Below, piece by piece: positions 48,611-57,050 of a DNA stretch of 64,000 bases. The notes beneath the pieces were generated by a model that saw nothing but the letters and a program-made list of their open reading frames with translations, was not told the origin of the DNA and did not search any database. Made by a program: the position numbers and the translations under genes. The first letter of the stretch is position 1. Each line of letters opens with the position of its first letter. Origin of the DNA: an uncultured Spirochaetales bacterium (GTDB lineage Bacteria; UBP6; UBA1177); the NCBI GenBank assembly GCA_964630905.1, contig CAZVWR010000009.1, forward strand, positions 208 to 64,207, read 5' to 3'.

Positions 48611-49908
48611 GTTCTCTCCGGTATGAGCGTTAAGATCTCTTTTATTGACATGCAGGCCTTGTCAGCTTCGTAGGCCCTTTCATTTTCGAGGATCGTTTGA
48701 GCAGTCTTTATCATTGCAGGATAAGCGCTTCTTAAAAGCTGGTTTGCATATATCACTATTCTGACACCGGCTTTTTTAAGTTCTGTTTCAGTTATGGAAT
48801 TATATGTCGACGGAACCACTACAAGCGGAACTTTCACATTGAACTCGTTGTATCTTCTGCAGAATTCAAGGATCTCGTCAGGAGATTTCTCTTTGCTGTG
48901 GATCATTATGCCGTCAGCCCCTGCGGCAACATAAGCCTCTGCCCTTTTTATCGCATCATCCATTCCTGCATTCAGGATGAGGGACTCTATTCTTGCAAAT
49001 ATCATGAAATTCTGAGTCACTTGCGCTTTTTTACCTGTTCTGATCTTTTCGCAGAAATTTTCAATTGAATCCTGAGTCTGCTCAACCTCTGTTCCGAAAA
49101 GAGAATTCTTTTTAAGCCCCACTTTGTCTTCTATTATCACAGCTGAAACGCCCTCCCTTTCAAGAGTTCTCACCATGAAAACAAAATGTTCGGTAAGTCC
49201 GCCGGAATCCCCGTCGAAGATTATAGGCTTTGTTGTTACTTCGAGAATGTCGGAAACCGTATTCATTCTTGAGGTAAGATCGACACATCCTATATCGGGC
49301 TTACCTTTTGCAGTCGAATCAGTAAGACTGCTGAGCCACATTGCGTCAAATTCACGGGTAACATTCTCTTTTTTTATGCTGGTCTTTTCAACGATAAGTC
49401 CGGTAAGTCCGTTATGTGCTTCCATGACTTTTACAATGTCTTTTGATTCAAGAAGTCTTCTAAGCATGTTAAGACGGATCCCCGGTGTTGTTCCCATCTC
49501 CCTTATCCAGATATTCAGCTCTGTCGAGGAAACTCCCGGTGTGTATGTGGGTTCAATAAGCTCACCGCCCCATTTTGCAAGAGCGTTTATCACTTTCTGG
49601 CGAACTTCTTTCTGTACACCCGTTTTCCAGTCATCCCCGTGAACTACAAAATCGGGTCTGTATTTTTCAAGATTCGGAACATAGTCAAGTGTCTCCTGCG
49701 GAACAACTTCTGCTACACCCTTGATGTTCTCTATGACCTTTTTTCTCTGGTCAAATGTCATATAGGGAAGCCGCTTGTAGCTTGCAATTGCTCTGTCGGT
49801 GAGAAGTCCGATAATGACATCTCCATATTTCCTCGCTTCTTCAATGATGTTAAGGTGTCCCGGATGGATAAGGTCAGCACTCATTGCCACATATACTTTT
49901 TTGTTCAT
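48607..49908 (-). CDS. bifunctional cytidylyltransferase / phosphoenolpyruvate mutase (Fom1-like fusion)
   Basis: 433 aa. The N-terminus is a TagD-like HxGH cytidylyltransferase ([22 protein letters not shown]). The C-terminus is a PEP mutase ([21 protein letters not shown]) with the diagnostic EDKx5NS motif ([12 protein letters not shown]). Confidence 0.88.
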   Translation of the reverse strand: MNKKVYVAMSADLIHPGHLNIIEEARKYGDVIIGLLTDRAIASYKRLPYMTFDQRKKVIENIKGVAEVVPQETLDYVPNLEKYRPDFVVHGDDWKTGVQKEVRQKVINALAKWGGELIEPTYTPGVSSTELNIWIREMGTTPGIRLNMLRRLLESKDIVKVMEAHNGLTGLIVEKTSIKKENVTREFDAMWLSSLTDSTAKGKPDIGCVDLTSRMNTVSDILEVTTKPIIFDGDSGGLTEHFVFMVRTLEREGVSAVIIEDKVGLKKNSLFGTEVEQTQDSIENFCEKIRTGKKAQVTQNFMIFARIESLILNAGMDDAIKRAEAYVAAGADGIMIHSKEKSPDEILEFCRRYNEFNVKVPLVVVPSTYNSITETELKKAGVRIVIYANQLLRSAYPAMIKTAQTILENERAYEADKACMSIKEILTLIPERT

Positions 49909-49922
49909 TTCTGTCTCCTAAA

Positions 49923-50513
49923 TTATTTTGACATTTTTATTATCTGCAGTTCCTTTGATATGGCTTCAAAAATGGCCGGTTCATCCGCAAGAACAGCATC
50001 AATGGTCTTTTTCAGAATTTCATTTGCAGCTGCGATACCTTTTATGATCTCTTCATTTGTAGGCTTTTTAACGGCACTGTTCCTTGCTGTGTTCCAATCG
50101 TTGAAGGCAAGAAGCATTCCCTGAGTGAGTGAATAGACATCTTTCACTTTTTTTCTGTCACGGTCGAAAGTGGTCTGTTTCCACTCCTCTTCCATTTTTG
50201 CATAGTGGGGCTGGTCCCATTTCTTTTTGAAGTGCTCGATCAGAGCGGTATTTGTGTCGTAGTAATGCTTACATTTGCTCTGAATGGTTTTCAAAAGTGA
50301 TGCACTTTCGGAAAAGGCCTTGCTTTTGTTTTTCCTTGCCAGTTCCTCCATTTCACGGATAGTGTTCTTGAAAATTGTGTCATTAGGCCGGAACTCCTGA
50401 AACATTTTATATCCGTCGTTATGAAGCATGATCGACTGAACTGATTGTTTGGAGTAAAGATCTAAAGTCAGTAGCGGAATTAGAAAAGAAATCAAAAGAA
50501 ACAGATTTTTCAT
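49923..50513 (-). CDS. hypothetical secreted helical protein
   Basis: 196 aa with signal peptide MKNLFLLISFLIPLLTLDLYS. K/E-rich and helical. It sits between the phosphonate module and the fusion genes. Confidence 0.5.
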   Translation of the reverse strand: MKNLFLLISFLIPLLTLDLYSKQSVQSIMLHNDGYKMFQEFRPNDTIFKNTIREMEELARKNKSKAFSESASLLKTIQSKCKHYYDTNTALIEHFKKKWDQPHYAKMEEEWKQTTFDRDRKKVKDVYSLTQGMLLAFNDWNTARNSAVKKPTNEEIIKGIAAANEILKKTIDAVLADEPAIFEAISKELQIIKMSK

Positions 50514-50531
50514 GAATACCCCTTAAAAACA

Positions 50532-53120
50532 TTATAAGTTATCAGTTTTTTTCCAGTTTGACAAATTAAAAATATCCTCATCATACACTGTGAAGAGTTC
50601 AGTAAAAGAGTACTTGAACTTTTCCTGCTCCCTCATACGGAATCTTGTTTTCATAACGGTGAAAGGAACCTTTTTCTTTTTCATTTTAACAGGGTTTCCC
50701 GTGTATGGATTCATTCCGTCGATTATATCTTTCAATGCAAGAGAAGGAATGTCGCATGTTGTCATGAAAGTTTCTTCAAGTTCCAGTTCGCCTCTTGAAT
50801 TAAAGTCTTTCACAAGGAGAATGTTATGCCAGTGTGCGGGAGTTGTTCCTTTTTTCGACCCCTTGATCTTCTGTTCTTTAAACATGGGGTTGAAAACATT
50901 CCTGCCGTGATCGGAAACGATGATTATCCTTGTGTTGTCGTAAACTCCTTTTTCTTTCATCCAGTTGAACCATTCTCCGGCAAGTTTCAGTGCCGCTCCG
51001 TCGGTGTAGATATGTTTCAACGAATTCATGCTTCTATTATATTTTTTAAAAAGATCTAGGGGGTATTTGAGAATTCTGTCATTGCTTATGCTGAAATCAT
51101 TCCCCGTTATCCACGGTTCATGAGTGAGTTTCGTCGAAAAATAATAGAACTTTCCCCTTTCTGTTTCTGATGCACTTGATAATTCAGACAGATAATCCAA
51201 GGTACTGTAATTTTTCAAATATCCTAAAATGAGACTGTTATTTGTCTCTTTCCATGAAACCACTCCATCCTCATCAAATGATATCTTTTCCTTTTTTGCT
51301 TTTCCTTTTTTTGTTTCCACAAGGTCAGGTCGGTTCGCTTCAAGGTTCCACTGACCTTCATCATATACAGCGTTTCTCAGGAAAGGAGGCGACACTCTGA
51401 AAAATCCGAAAACGGCCAATTTTTCAATAAAATCAGATCTTTCCGCATCAAGTTCTTTTTCTTTAAGCCATGTGTCAAGATATTTTCCGGTCAAATTCTC
51501 AACAGCGGTATTCTCAAGGTGGGTTTTGTCATCAGCTTTCAGCCAGCTTGAAAGATACCCGTAGATCGTTGAATCAAATCGGGCACGGGTGAAATTGTAA
51601 GGCAGGACCCTGATCGATTCATTCATCCTGTCAACAAGAGGAACATCCTGTCTCGAAGTATTCATGACCTCCGCGTGATAATCCCAGCCACCCATTATTG
51701 ATGGTTCAGAAGAGAGAGTATCGCTACCCGATGAGAGAGAGCGGGGATACCAGACAAATCCGTCAAGTATCTCATTTTTAAGTTCAGGAATAAGTTCAGT
51801 AAGTTCGGGAATATATCCGCCGATGAATCTGTCAAGCAGAATAACAAGAACATTCTTTCTGTTAGTTGAAAAAACGAATTTTTTCTCAAGCTCTGATGCC
51901 GGCGAAAGATCTTCTGTGTCACTTTTTTCATGAAAAATAGCACCTTCGTGAATAGAAAACATAAAAAGAGATAAAGAAAGAATTGAAACAGCAATGTTTA
52001 AAATCCTGTTTTTACCGAAACGGAACAATATTCCGGTAACTACTGATATTAAAACAAGAACGGCAAGATTTATCAGGTTGTCTGTTGCTGAAATGTGAAG
52101 CCCTTCTTCAAAAACAAAATTTGAAATATCACCGTAATCACCTGCAAAAATGAAAACATTCGCAATTGCATAAAGGTAAAGTGCGGTTGTCAGTCCGGCA
52201 AGAATCTTTTTAAGAAGTTCTGAACTGTAGTAGAAAAGGGTCGATGCGGTTATTGCAAAAACAGTGAAAAGCATTAACTGGAAAGAGAGTATCTGCGAAA
52301 AAGTTCCTTCAATATCAGATTCCGAGCCCGATGCAAGAAGAATGAAAGGAACGGCTATAAAAGTCAGATAGGCAAGTGAGAAAAGAGAGATGAAAAAACC
52401 GGTGAGATATTCTTTTGAAACTTTTTCAGAAGTGAATAGATGTATTTTCCTTTGTCCTGCATATTTGAACATTATGCTTTTCACTATTCCGAAAATGTTG
52501 TTAGAAGTCCAGTATATCAGAAGTGCGCTTGAAGAGTTGTATAAAATCACAAGGAACAGTAACGAAATCACATAACTGTTTATCTTTTCCTTAAGAGAGA
52601 GATCCTTTCCGTAAACAAAAGCATATCCGAGGTTTGCGGCAGTCATGACAAAAGGCATTATATTTACAGTGAATCCTGCAATCTGAATGAGTCCGTCCGG
52701 TTCTCCGAGATTTTCAAATATTAGTGTTGAGACACCGTTTAGCTGCTGATAATCCGAGATGAAAACATATGCGGCAAAGAAAAACGGTATCTGGATCAGA
52801 AATCCAAGAGACGATCTGACAGCAAGTACCGGGTGGTAGTGATTCTGTCTGTACAGGGTGGTGATGTATCTGTTGAGAACCGAACCTTTGAAAACACTCC
52901 TGAACTCATTTATCTTGGGCTCCATTTTTTTCTGGGTGGACCGCTCAAGTGTCTGAAGTCTTTCAGCAATAATTGAAAATGGCATGGAAACAAGAGTAAC
53001 CGAAAGACTCAGAAGTATGAGTGACCAGAAATGGGATCCGGTCATACCGATAAGGTTTTCAAAGATGAATTCCATGAGAATTTTAAGGGGAAGTATGAAT
53101 ATGGTGGAAAGGTATTCCAT
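50532..53120 (-). CDS. fusion protein: YidC/Oxa1-like core, about 6 extra TM segments, and a sulfatase/alkaline-phosphatase-superfamily (LtaS/EptA-like) ectodomain (paralog B)
   Basis: 862 aa. The first roughly 215 aa follow the YidC/Oxa1 pattern (KKMEPKINEFRSVF...LYRQNHYHP...GFLIQIPFFFAAY...NLGEPD...NIMPFVM...SALLIYWTSNNIFGIV). The C-terminal domain has NVLVILLDRFIGGY, a Thr-containing GSDTLSSEP loop, LTHEP and IIIVSDHGRN. Confidence 0.7.
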   Translation of the reverse strand: MEYLSTIFILPLKILMEFIFENLIGMTGSHFWSLILLSLSVTLVSMPFSIIAERLQTLERSTQKKMEPKINEFRSVFKGSVLNRYITTLYRQNHYHPVLAVRSSLGFLIQIPFFFAAYVFISDYQQLNGVSTLIFENLGEPDGLIQIAGFTVNIMPFVMTAANLGYAFVYGKDLSLKEKINSYVISLLFLVILYNSSSALLIYWTSNNIFGIVKSIMFKYAGQRKIHLFTSEKVSKEYLTGFFISLFSLAYLTFIAVPFILLASGSESDIEGTFSQILSFQLMLFTVFAITASTLFYYSSELLKKILAGLTTALYLYAIANVFIFAGDYGDISNFVFEEGLHISATDNLINLAVLVLISVVTGILFRFGKNRILNIAVSILSLSLFMFSIHEGAIFHEKSDTEDLSPASELEKKFVFSTNRKNVLVILLDRFIGGYIPELTELIPELKNEILDGFVWYPRSLSSGSDTLSSEPSIMGGWDYHAEVMNTSRQDVPLVDRMNESIRVLPYNFTRARFDSTIYGYLSSWLKADDKTHLENTAVENLTGKYLDTWLKEKELDAERSDFIEKLAVFGFFRVSPPFLRNAVYDEGQWNLEANRPDLVETKKGKAKKEKISFDEDGVVSWKETNNSLILGYLKNYSTLDYLSELSSASETERGKFYYFSTKLTHEPWITGNDFSISNDRILKYPLDLFKKYNRSMNSLKHIYTDGAALKLAGEWFNWMKEKGVYDNTRIIIVSDHGRNVFNPMFKEQKIKGSKKGTTPAHWHNILLVKDFNSRGELELEETFMTTCDIPSLALKDIIDGMNPYTGNPVKMKKKKVPFTVMKTRFRMREQEKFKYSFTELFTVYDEDIFNLSNWKKTDNL

Positions 53121-53134
53121 AAAATTGTCCTTTG

Positions 53135-54418
53135 TTAAGATCCTGCGATCCGCATTATTTCATCAGCACCTTTTAACCCCGATTCTCCCGGAAATTTATC
53201 CATGCTGTTATGAATGAATTCAAGATGATTAGCAAATTCAGCTTTGTCTGCAAGTTTTTCATTGATAAGTCTTTCCAGATATTCAATATCATGCTCTTCA
53301 ATTGAAACACCTGTTTTTTCAACTGCCTGCAACACCCATGGATCCTCTTTTATGTCCATTGAATCGTGTCCCCGTTTGTCGTAATTTCCTTTGAAAGCCA
53401 GTACCGGTTTTTCAAATAGAAGGATAAAATCAAATATTATTCCGGAAAAATCGCTTATCATTATGTCAGCTGTTTTCATTGATTCTGTGCCGTCAGGAGC
53501 ACTATCCCAGACAAGATGCTCCCCGTCAGGAAATTTATTTTTCAGTTCGCTGATAAGATCTTTGTCTGATATCCATCCTTGAGGGTGGGGTCGCACTATG
53601 ATATTGAATTTATTGAGATTCGTGAGATGTGTAAGTATTTTTTCACCATATTTTCTAAGCAGTCCGTGAAGTCCCCATGTGGGGGAAAGGAGTATTGTGA
53701 TCCTGTCTGAAGGAGTCACTTTGATTTTGGACGCTTTTTCACGGAGAACATCCATATAAGTGCATCCTATGGCGACAAGTTCCTTTGCCGGCAGTCCGCG
53801 AACCTGTTCAAGTTCGCGAATAAATTCAATATCTGAATCTCCTCCGGTAAGGACGGCATCATAGTAATCAGTCCCGTATGTTGCGTAACCGCTGCATCCT
53901 CCTCCTGTAGAGTGAGGGATGTGAACATATTTTCTAACCCCTTTGCTTCTTTTTATCTGAAGAACATCCAGTCCGGGGGTTGTCATAATGCAGACATCGG
54001 CAGTCATGGTATTCATGTAGAAGAAAGCTTTGTTCCCTTCACCGATGAACTTTGTTTCGATATTTGGGAATCCGCAGGTTAAACCCGGATCGTTCTCTTT
54101 GCTTGTCAGATAGGTGCATTTGATGCCTCTAGAGCTTAACTCTTTGATAACAGGCAGGAAAACATTCCAGTACTGAGGACCTTCAGAATAAAATACGATA
54201 GAGTGTTTTGTTTTTTTTTCTCTGCCGACCCCTGAAATATAGGCGGGAAGATCTATTATCTTGAAAAACAGTCCTTTGATAACAAAAAAAAGTGTTGCGA
54301 CTATACCTATGACAGCGGAAAACAGCATGCTTCCTGAACCGGGATCAAGATAACCGAAAAGAGGAAGCGGCAGTATGATCATTAACAAAAGATAGGTCAA
54401 AACCCTGTTTTTATTCAT
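53135..54418 (-). CDS. TagB/TagF-family (CDP-glycerol glycerophosphotransferase-like) phosphotransferase with N-terminal TM anchor
   Basis: About 427 aa from MNKNRVLTYLLLMIILPL. Has ADIMISDFSGIIFDFILLFEKPVL and the preceding HP..GW region typical of the Glyphos_transf family. The track start at 54532 overlaps the upstream gene and is rejected. Confidence 0.68.
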   Translation of the reverse strand: MNKNRVLTYLLLMIILPLPLFGYLDPGSGSMLFSAVIGIVATLFFVIKGLFFKIIDLPAYISGVGREKKTKHSIVFYSEGPQYWNVFLPVIKELSSRGIKCTYLTSKENDPGLTCGFPNIETKFIGEGNKAFFYMNTMTADVCIMTTPGLDVLQIKRSKGVRKYVHIPHSTGGGCSGYATYGTDYYDAVLTGGDSDIEFIRELEQVRGLPAKELVAIGCTYMDVLREKASKIKVTPSDRITILLSPTWGLHGLLRKYGEKILTHLTNLNKFNIIVRPHPQGWISDKDLISELKNKFPDGEHLVWDSAPDGTESMKTADIMISDFSGIIFDFILLFEKPVLAFKGNYDKRGHDSMDIKEDPWVLQAVEKTGVSIEEHDIEYLERLINEKLADKAEFANHLEFIHNSMDKFPGESGLKGADEIMRIAGS

Positions 54419-57038
54419 AAAGCCTTCTCCATTTTGAAGGTGAATCAATATCTTCAAATTTTTCAACCACATATTTTTCATGATATCTGTATTTGAATTT
54501 GTCCTGCTTTTCAACGCGCCACTGAACATCATAGATATAGAACGGAAATTTATTCTTTGGCATTTCTATCTTTTTTCCAGTGTAAGGGTTTACCGCATCG
54601 GGAATTATATCTTTGACCGCCAGAGCCGGAACATCGGCCGATGTCATGAACTCATTCTCTGTCCGGAGCTCTCCCTGAGAATCAAAATCTTTTACCAGAA
54701 GCAGATTGTTGTAATATGAAGGGTGGGCTTTTTTTCTGGTATTAGGGATCCGCTGCTGTTTGAAGAAAGGATTGTAGACATCTCTTCCGTGATCAGAAAC
54801 AATGATTATCCTAGTGTTGTCGTATACTCCGCTATCTTTCATCCATCGAATCCATTTGTTGACCAGTCTCAGTGCCGCAGCGTCTGTATAAAGATGTCTT
54901 ACAGCGGTGAGACTTTTGTGGAATTTGTTGAATACCGACCTGGGATATGTGACTTTTCCGGTGACCTCAAATTCAAAATCGCTGTTTATCGAATGGGGTT
55001 CATGGGTCAGATTATTTGAAAGAAAAATGAACTGTCCTTTTCCCTCTTCAAGAACTCTCGACATTTCCGGAAGAAAATCGAGTGCGGCATAATATTTCAG
55101 AGTTGTGTCTCTTCTGTATTTGCTTTTCTGGTTTGCGATCACAAACTTTTTCTCATCCGGTTTTTCATAATTTTCCTCATTTTCTACATCTGATTCGATA
55201 TGCCATTCCCCTTTGTCGTAGATAAATTCCCTTACAAAAAGAGGTGAAGCCCGAAACAGTCCGAATGCGAGCAGTTTTTTTCTGAGAGTATCATCATTAC
55301 CGCTTTCCTTTTCATTTTTCTGAAGCCACATCTCTCTGTATTTAGGGTAATCAGGTTCAATGAATTGGGTGTTGCCTATATATTCCTTGTTGTTTTCATC
55401 AACCCAGTTGGTGCTTTTGTCAAACCAGTTTATGCAGTCTGTCCGGTAAATTTTCACGCCGTACCCGGACTTGTCGAAGTTGTACGGAAGTATTCTGGAA
55501 CTCTCATCCAGTTTTTTAAGCAGAGGAACCTCGGTTCTTATCAGATTTGCATTATGAACATTGTAATCCCATCCGCCAAGTATGGGCGGGACTCCTCCGA
55601 TAGTATAGCTTGCCTGCGAAAGAGAATTTCTGTAATAGACAAATCCGTCGAGATCTGATTTGAGGTTTGGCATAAGTTCAAGGATCTGAGGCATATAGCC
55701 GCCGATAAACCTGTCAAGCATAATAATGACAACATTTTTCCCTGTCTTTGAAAATGTGTAATGGTTTTCTTTCAGATCGATCTGAGCTATTAAAATATTT
55801 GTTCTTTTATCCTTGTAGGCAAATGATTCGTTTATCGAAAAAAGAATAAGCGATATTATGATGACTGAAAGTGCCGGTCTTAAAAACCGGGTCCATTTTT
55901 TAAGAAGAAGAAAAACCGCACCGGCAATTATCACTCCGGAAAAGATATTTAAAAGGATTTCAAACATCTCTATTTCAAGCTCTTCGTTAAATACAAAATG
56001 GCTCATGTCACCGTAGTTGCCTGCAAATGCAAAAGTGTTTATCAGTCCATATAAAAGAAGGAAAAGTGCTGCCGCACAAAGAACGGTCCGTCCTTTTTTG
56101 CTGAAAATATAATAGATTACAACGGCTGCTGTGAAAAAAACAAATGAAAAAGCCAAAAGATAGTAAAAATAGTGCGACAACGCTTCTTCAAAATCGGAAG
56201 ATGACCCCGAAGAAAGGACTGCAAGAGGAACCGATATGAAAGTTAGTATTGTAAAAGCTGCTGCCGCAAGTCTGAAGATCCTGTCGGTCTCTTTCGAGGA
56301 ATCGGGAATAAATTTGAACAGTTTCTGCAATAACTCCGGTGTTTTTTCTCTTTTTGTTATAGCACCGTCCTTATATATGAAAAGATAAACAACATTCTTG
56401 ATAAGAGCAAAAATGTTGTTGCAGGTCCAGTAAAAAAGAAGCGCACTTGTTGAATTATAAAGAACCACAAGAAAAAGAAGTGCCATTCCGTAAAGCTGAA
56501 ACTGTTCCTTCAAAGAGGTCTTTTTCCCGTATACAATCGCCGACCCGATATTCACCGCAGTCATAAGCAGAGGCATGATATTTACCGAGAAGGAACCGAT
56601 TGAAAGAAGTGAATCGGGTTTTCCGAGATCTTTAAAAAGTGCTGTCGTGACACCATTGAATGCGGAATAATTTGAAAGAAGGTGATATGCGGCAAAGAAG
56701 AAAGGGATCTGTATCAGCAGTCCGAAAGATGCCCTTATGGCAAAAGCGGGATGGTATCCGTTCTGTCTGTAAAGGGTGCTGATGTAACTGTTTAGCGCCG
56801 ATCCCCTGAAAACCGCCTTGAATTCTGATATTTTCGGTTTAAGTTTTTTCTGGGTCTCCCTTTCTTTATCCTGCCACGATTCGGCAATGTGATAAAGTGG
56901 AAGTGAGCCGATAGAAACAGCGATGCTTAGAACCATAAGTGAGATCAGAGGACTTCCTGTTGAAGAAAGTGCCCATTCGAGCACTGATTTCATTAAAAAT
57001 TCAAGGGGGTATATGAAAATATTGTAAAAAATCTCCAT
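54411..57038 (-). CDS. fusion protein: YidC/Oxa1-like core, extra TM segments, and sulfatase/LtaS/EptA-like ectodomain (paralog A)
   Basis: 875 aa, roughly 50% identical by eye to 50532..53120. Has KKLKPKISEFKAVF...LYRQNGYHP...GLLIQIPFFFAAY...DLGKPD...SALLFYWTCNNIFALI, then NVVIIMLDRFIGGY, ASYTIGGVPP, LTHEP and IIIVSDHGRD. Confidence 0.7.
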   Translation of the reverse strand: MEIFYNIFIYPLEFLMKSVLEWALSSTGSPLISLMVLSIAVSIGSLPLYHIAESWQDKERETQKKLKPKISEFKAVFRGSALNSYISTLYRQNGYHPAFAIRASFGLLIQIPFFFAAYHLLSNYSAFNGVTTALFKDLGKPDSLLSIGSFSVNIMPLLMTAVNIGSAIVYGKKTSLKEQFQLYGMALLFLVVLYNSTSALLFYWTCNNIFALIKNVVYLFIYKDGAITKREKTPELLQKLFKFIPDSSKETDRIFRLAAAAFTILTFISVPLAVLSSGSSSDFEEALSHYFYYLLAFSFVFFTAAVVIYYIFSKKGRTVLCAAALFLLLYGLINTFAFAGNYGDMSHFVFNEELEIEMFEILLNIFSGVIIAGAVFLLLKKWTRFLRPALSVIIISLILFSINESFAYKDKRTNILIAQIDLKENHYTFSKTGKNVVIIMLDRFIGGYMPQILELMPNLKSDLDGFVYYRNSLSQASYTIGGVPPILGGWDYNVHNANLIRTEVPLLKKLDESSRILPYNFDKSGYGVKIYRTDCINWFDKSTNWVDENNKEYIGNTQFIEPDYPKYREMWLQKNEKESGNDDTLRKKLLAFGLFRASPLFVREFIYDKGEWHIESDVENEENYEKPDEKKFVIANQKSKYRRDTTLKYYAALDFLPEMSRVLEEGKGQFIFLSNNLTHEPHSINSDFEFEVTGKVTYPRSVFNKFHKSLTAVRHLYTDAAALRLVNKWIRWMKDSGVYDNTRIIIVSDHGRDVYNPFFKQQRIPNTRKKAHPSYYNNLLLVKDFDSQGELRTENEFMTSADVPALAVKDIIPDAVNPYTGKKIEMPKNKFPFYIYDVQWRVEKQDKFKYRYHEKYVVEKFEDIDSPSKWRRLYE

Positions 57039-57050
57039 TTCCTGATGACC

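Noticed and set aside
54419-54532. 5' extensions proposed by the ORF track: 54532 for the TagF-like gene, 62937 for the lipoprotein, 22085 for rlmI, 37402 for moeA, 17417 for leuS, 44849, 41568, 33027, 43135 and 31001.
   Set aside because: These extensions overlap upstream genes or use non-ATG codons. Downstream in-frame ATGs are preceded by GGAG-type Shine-Dalgarno sequences and begin proper signal peptides or conserved N-termini.
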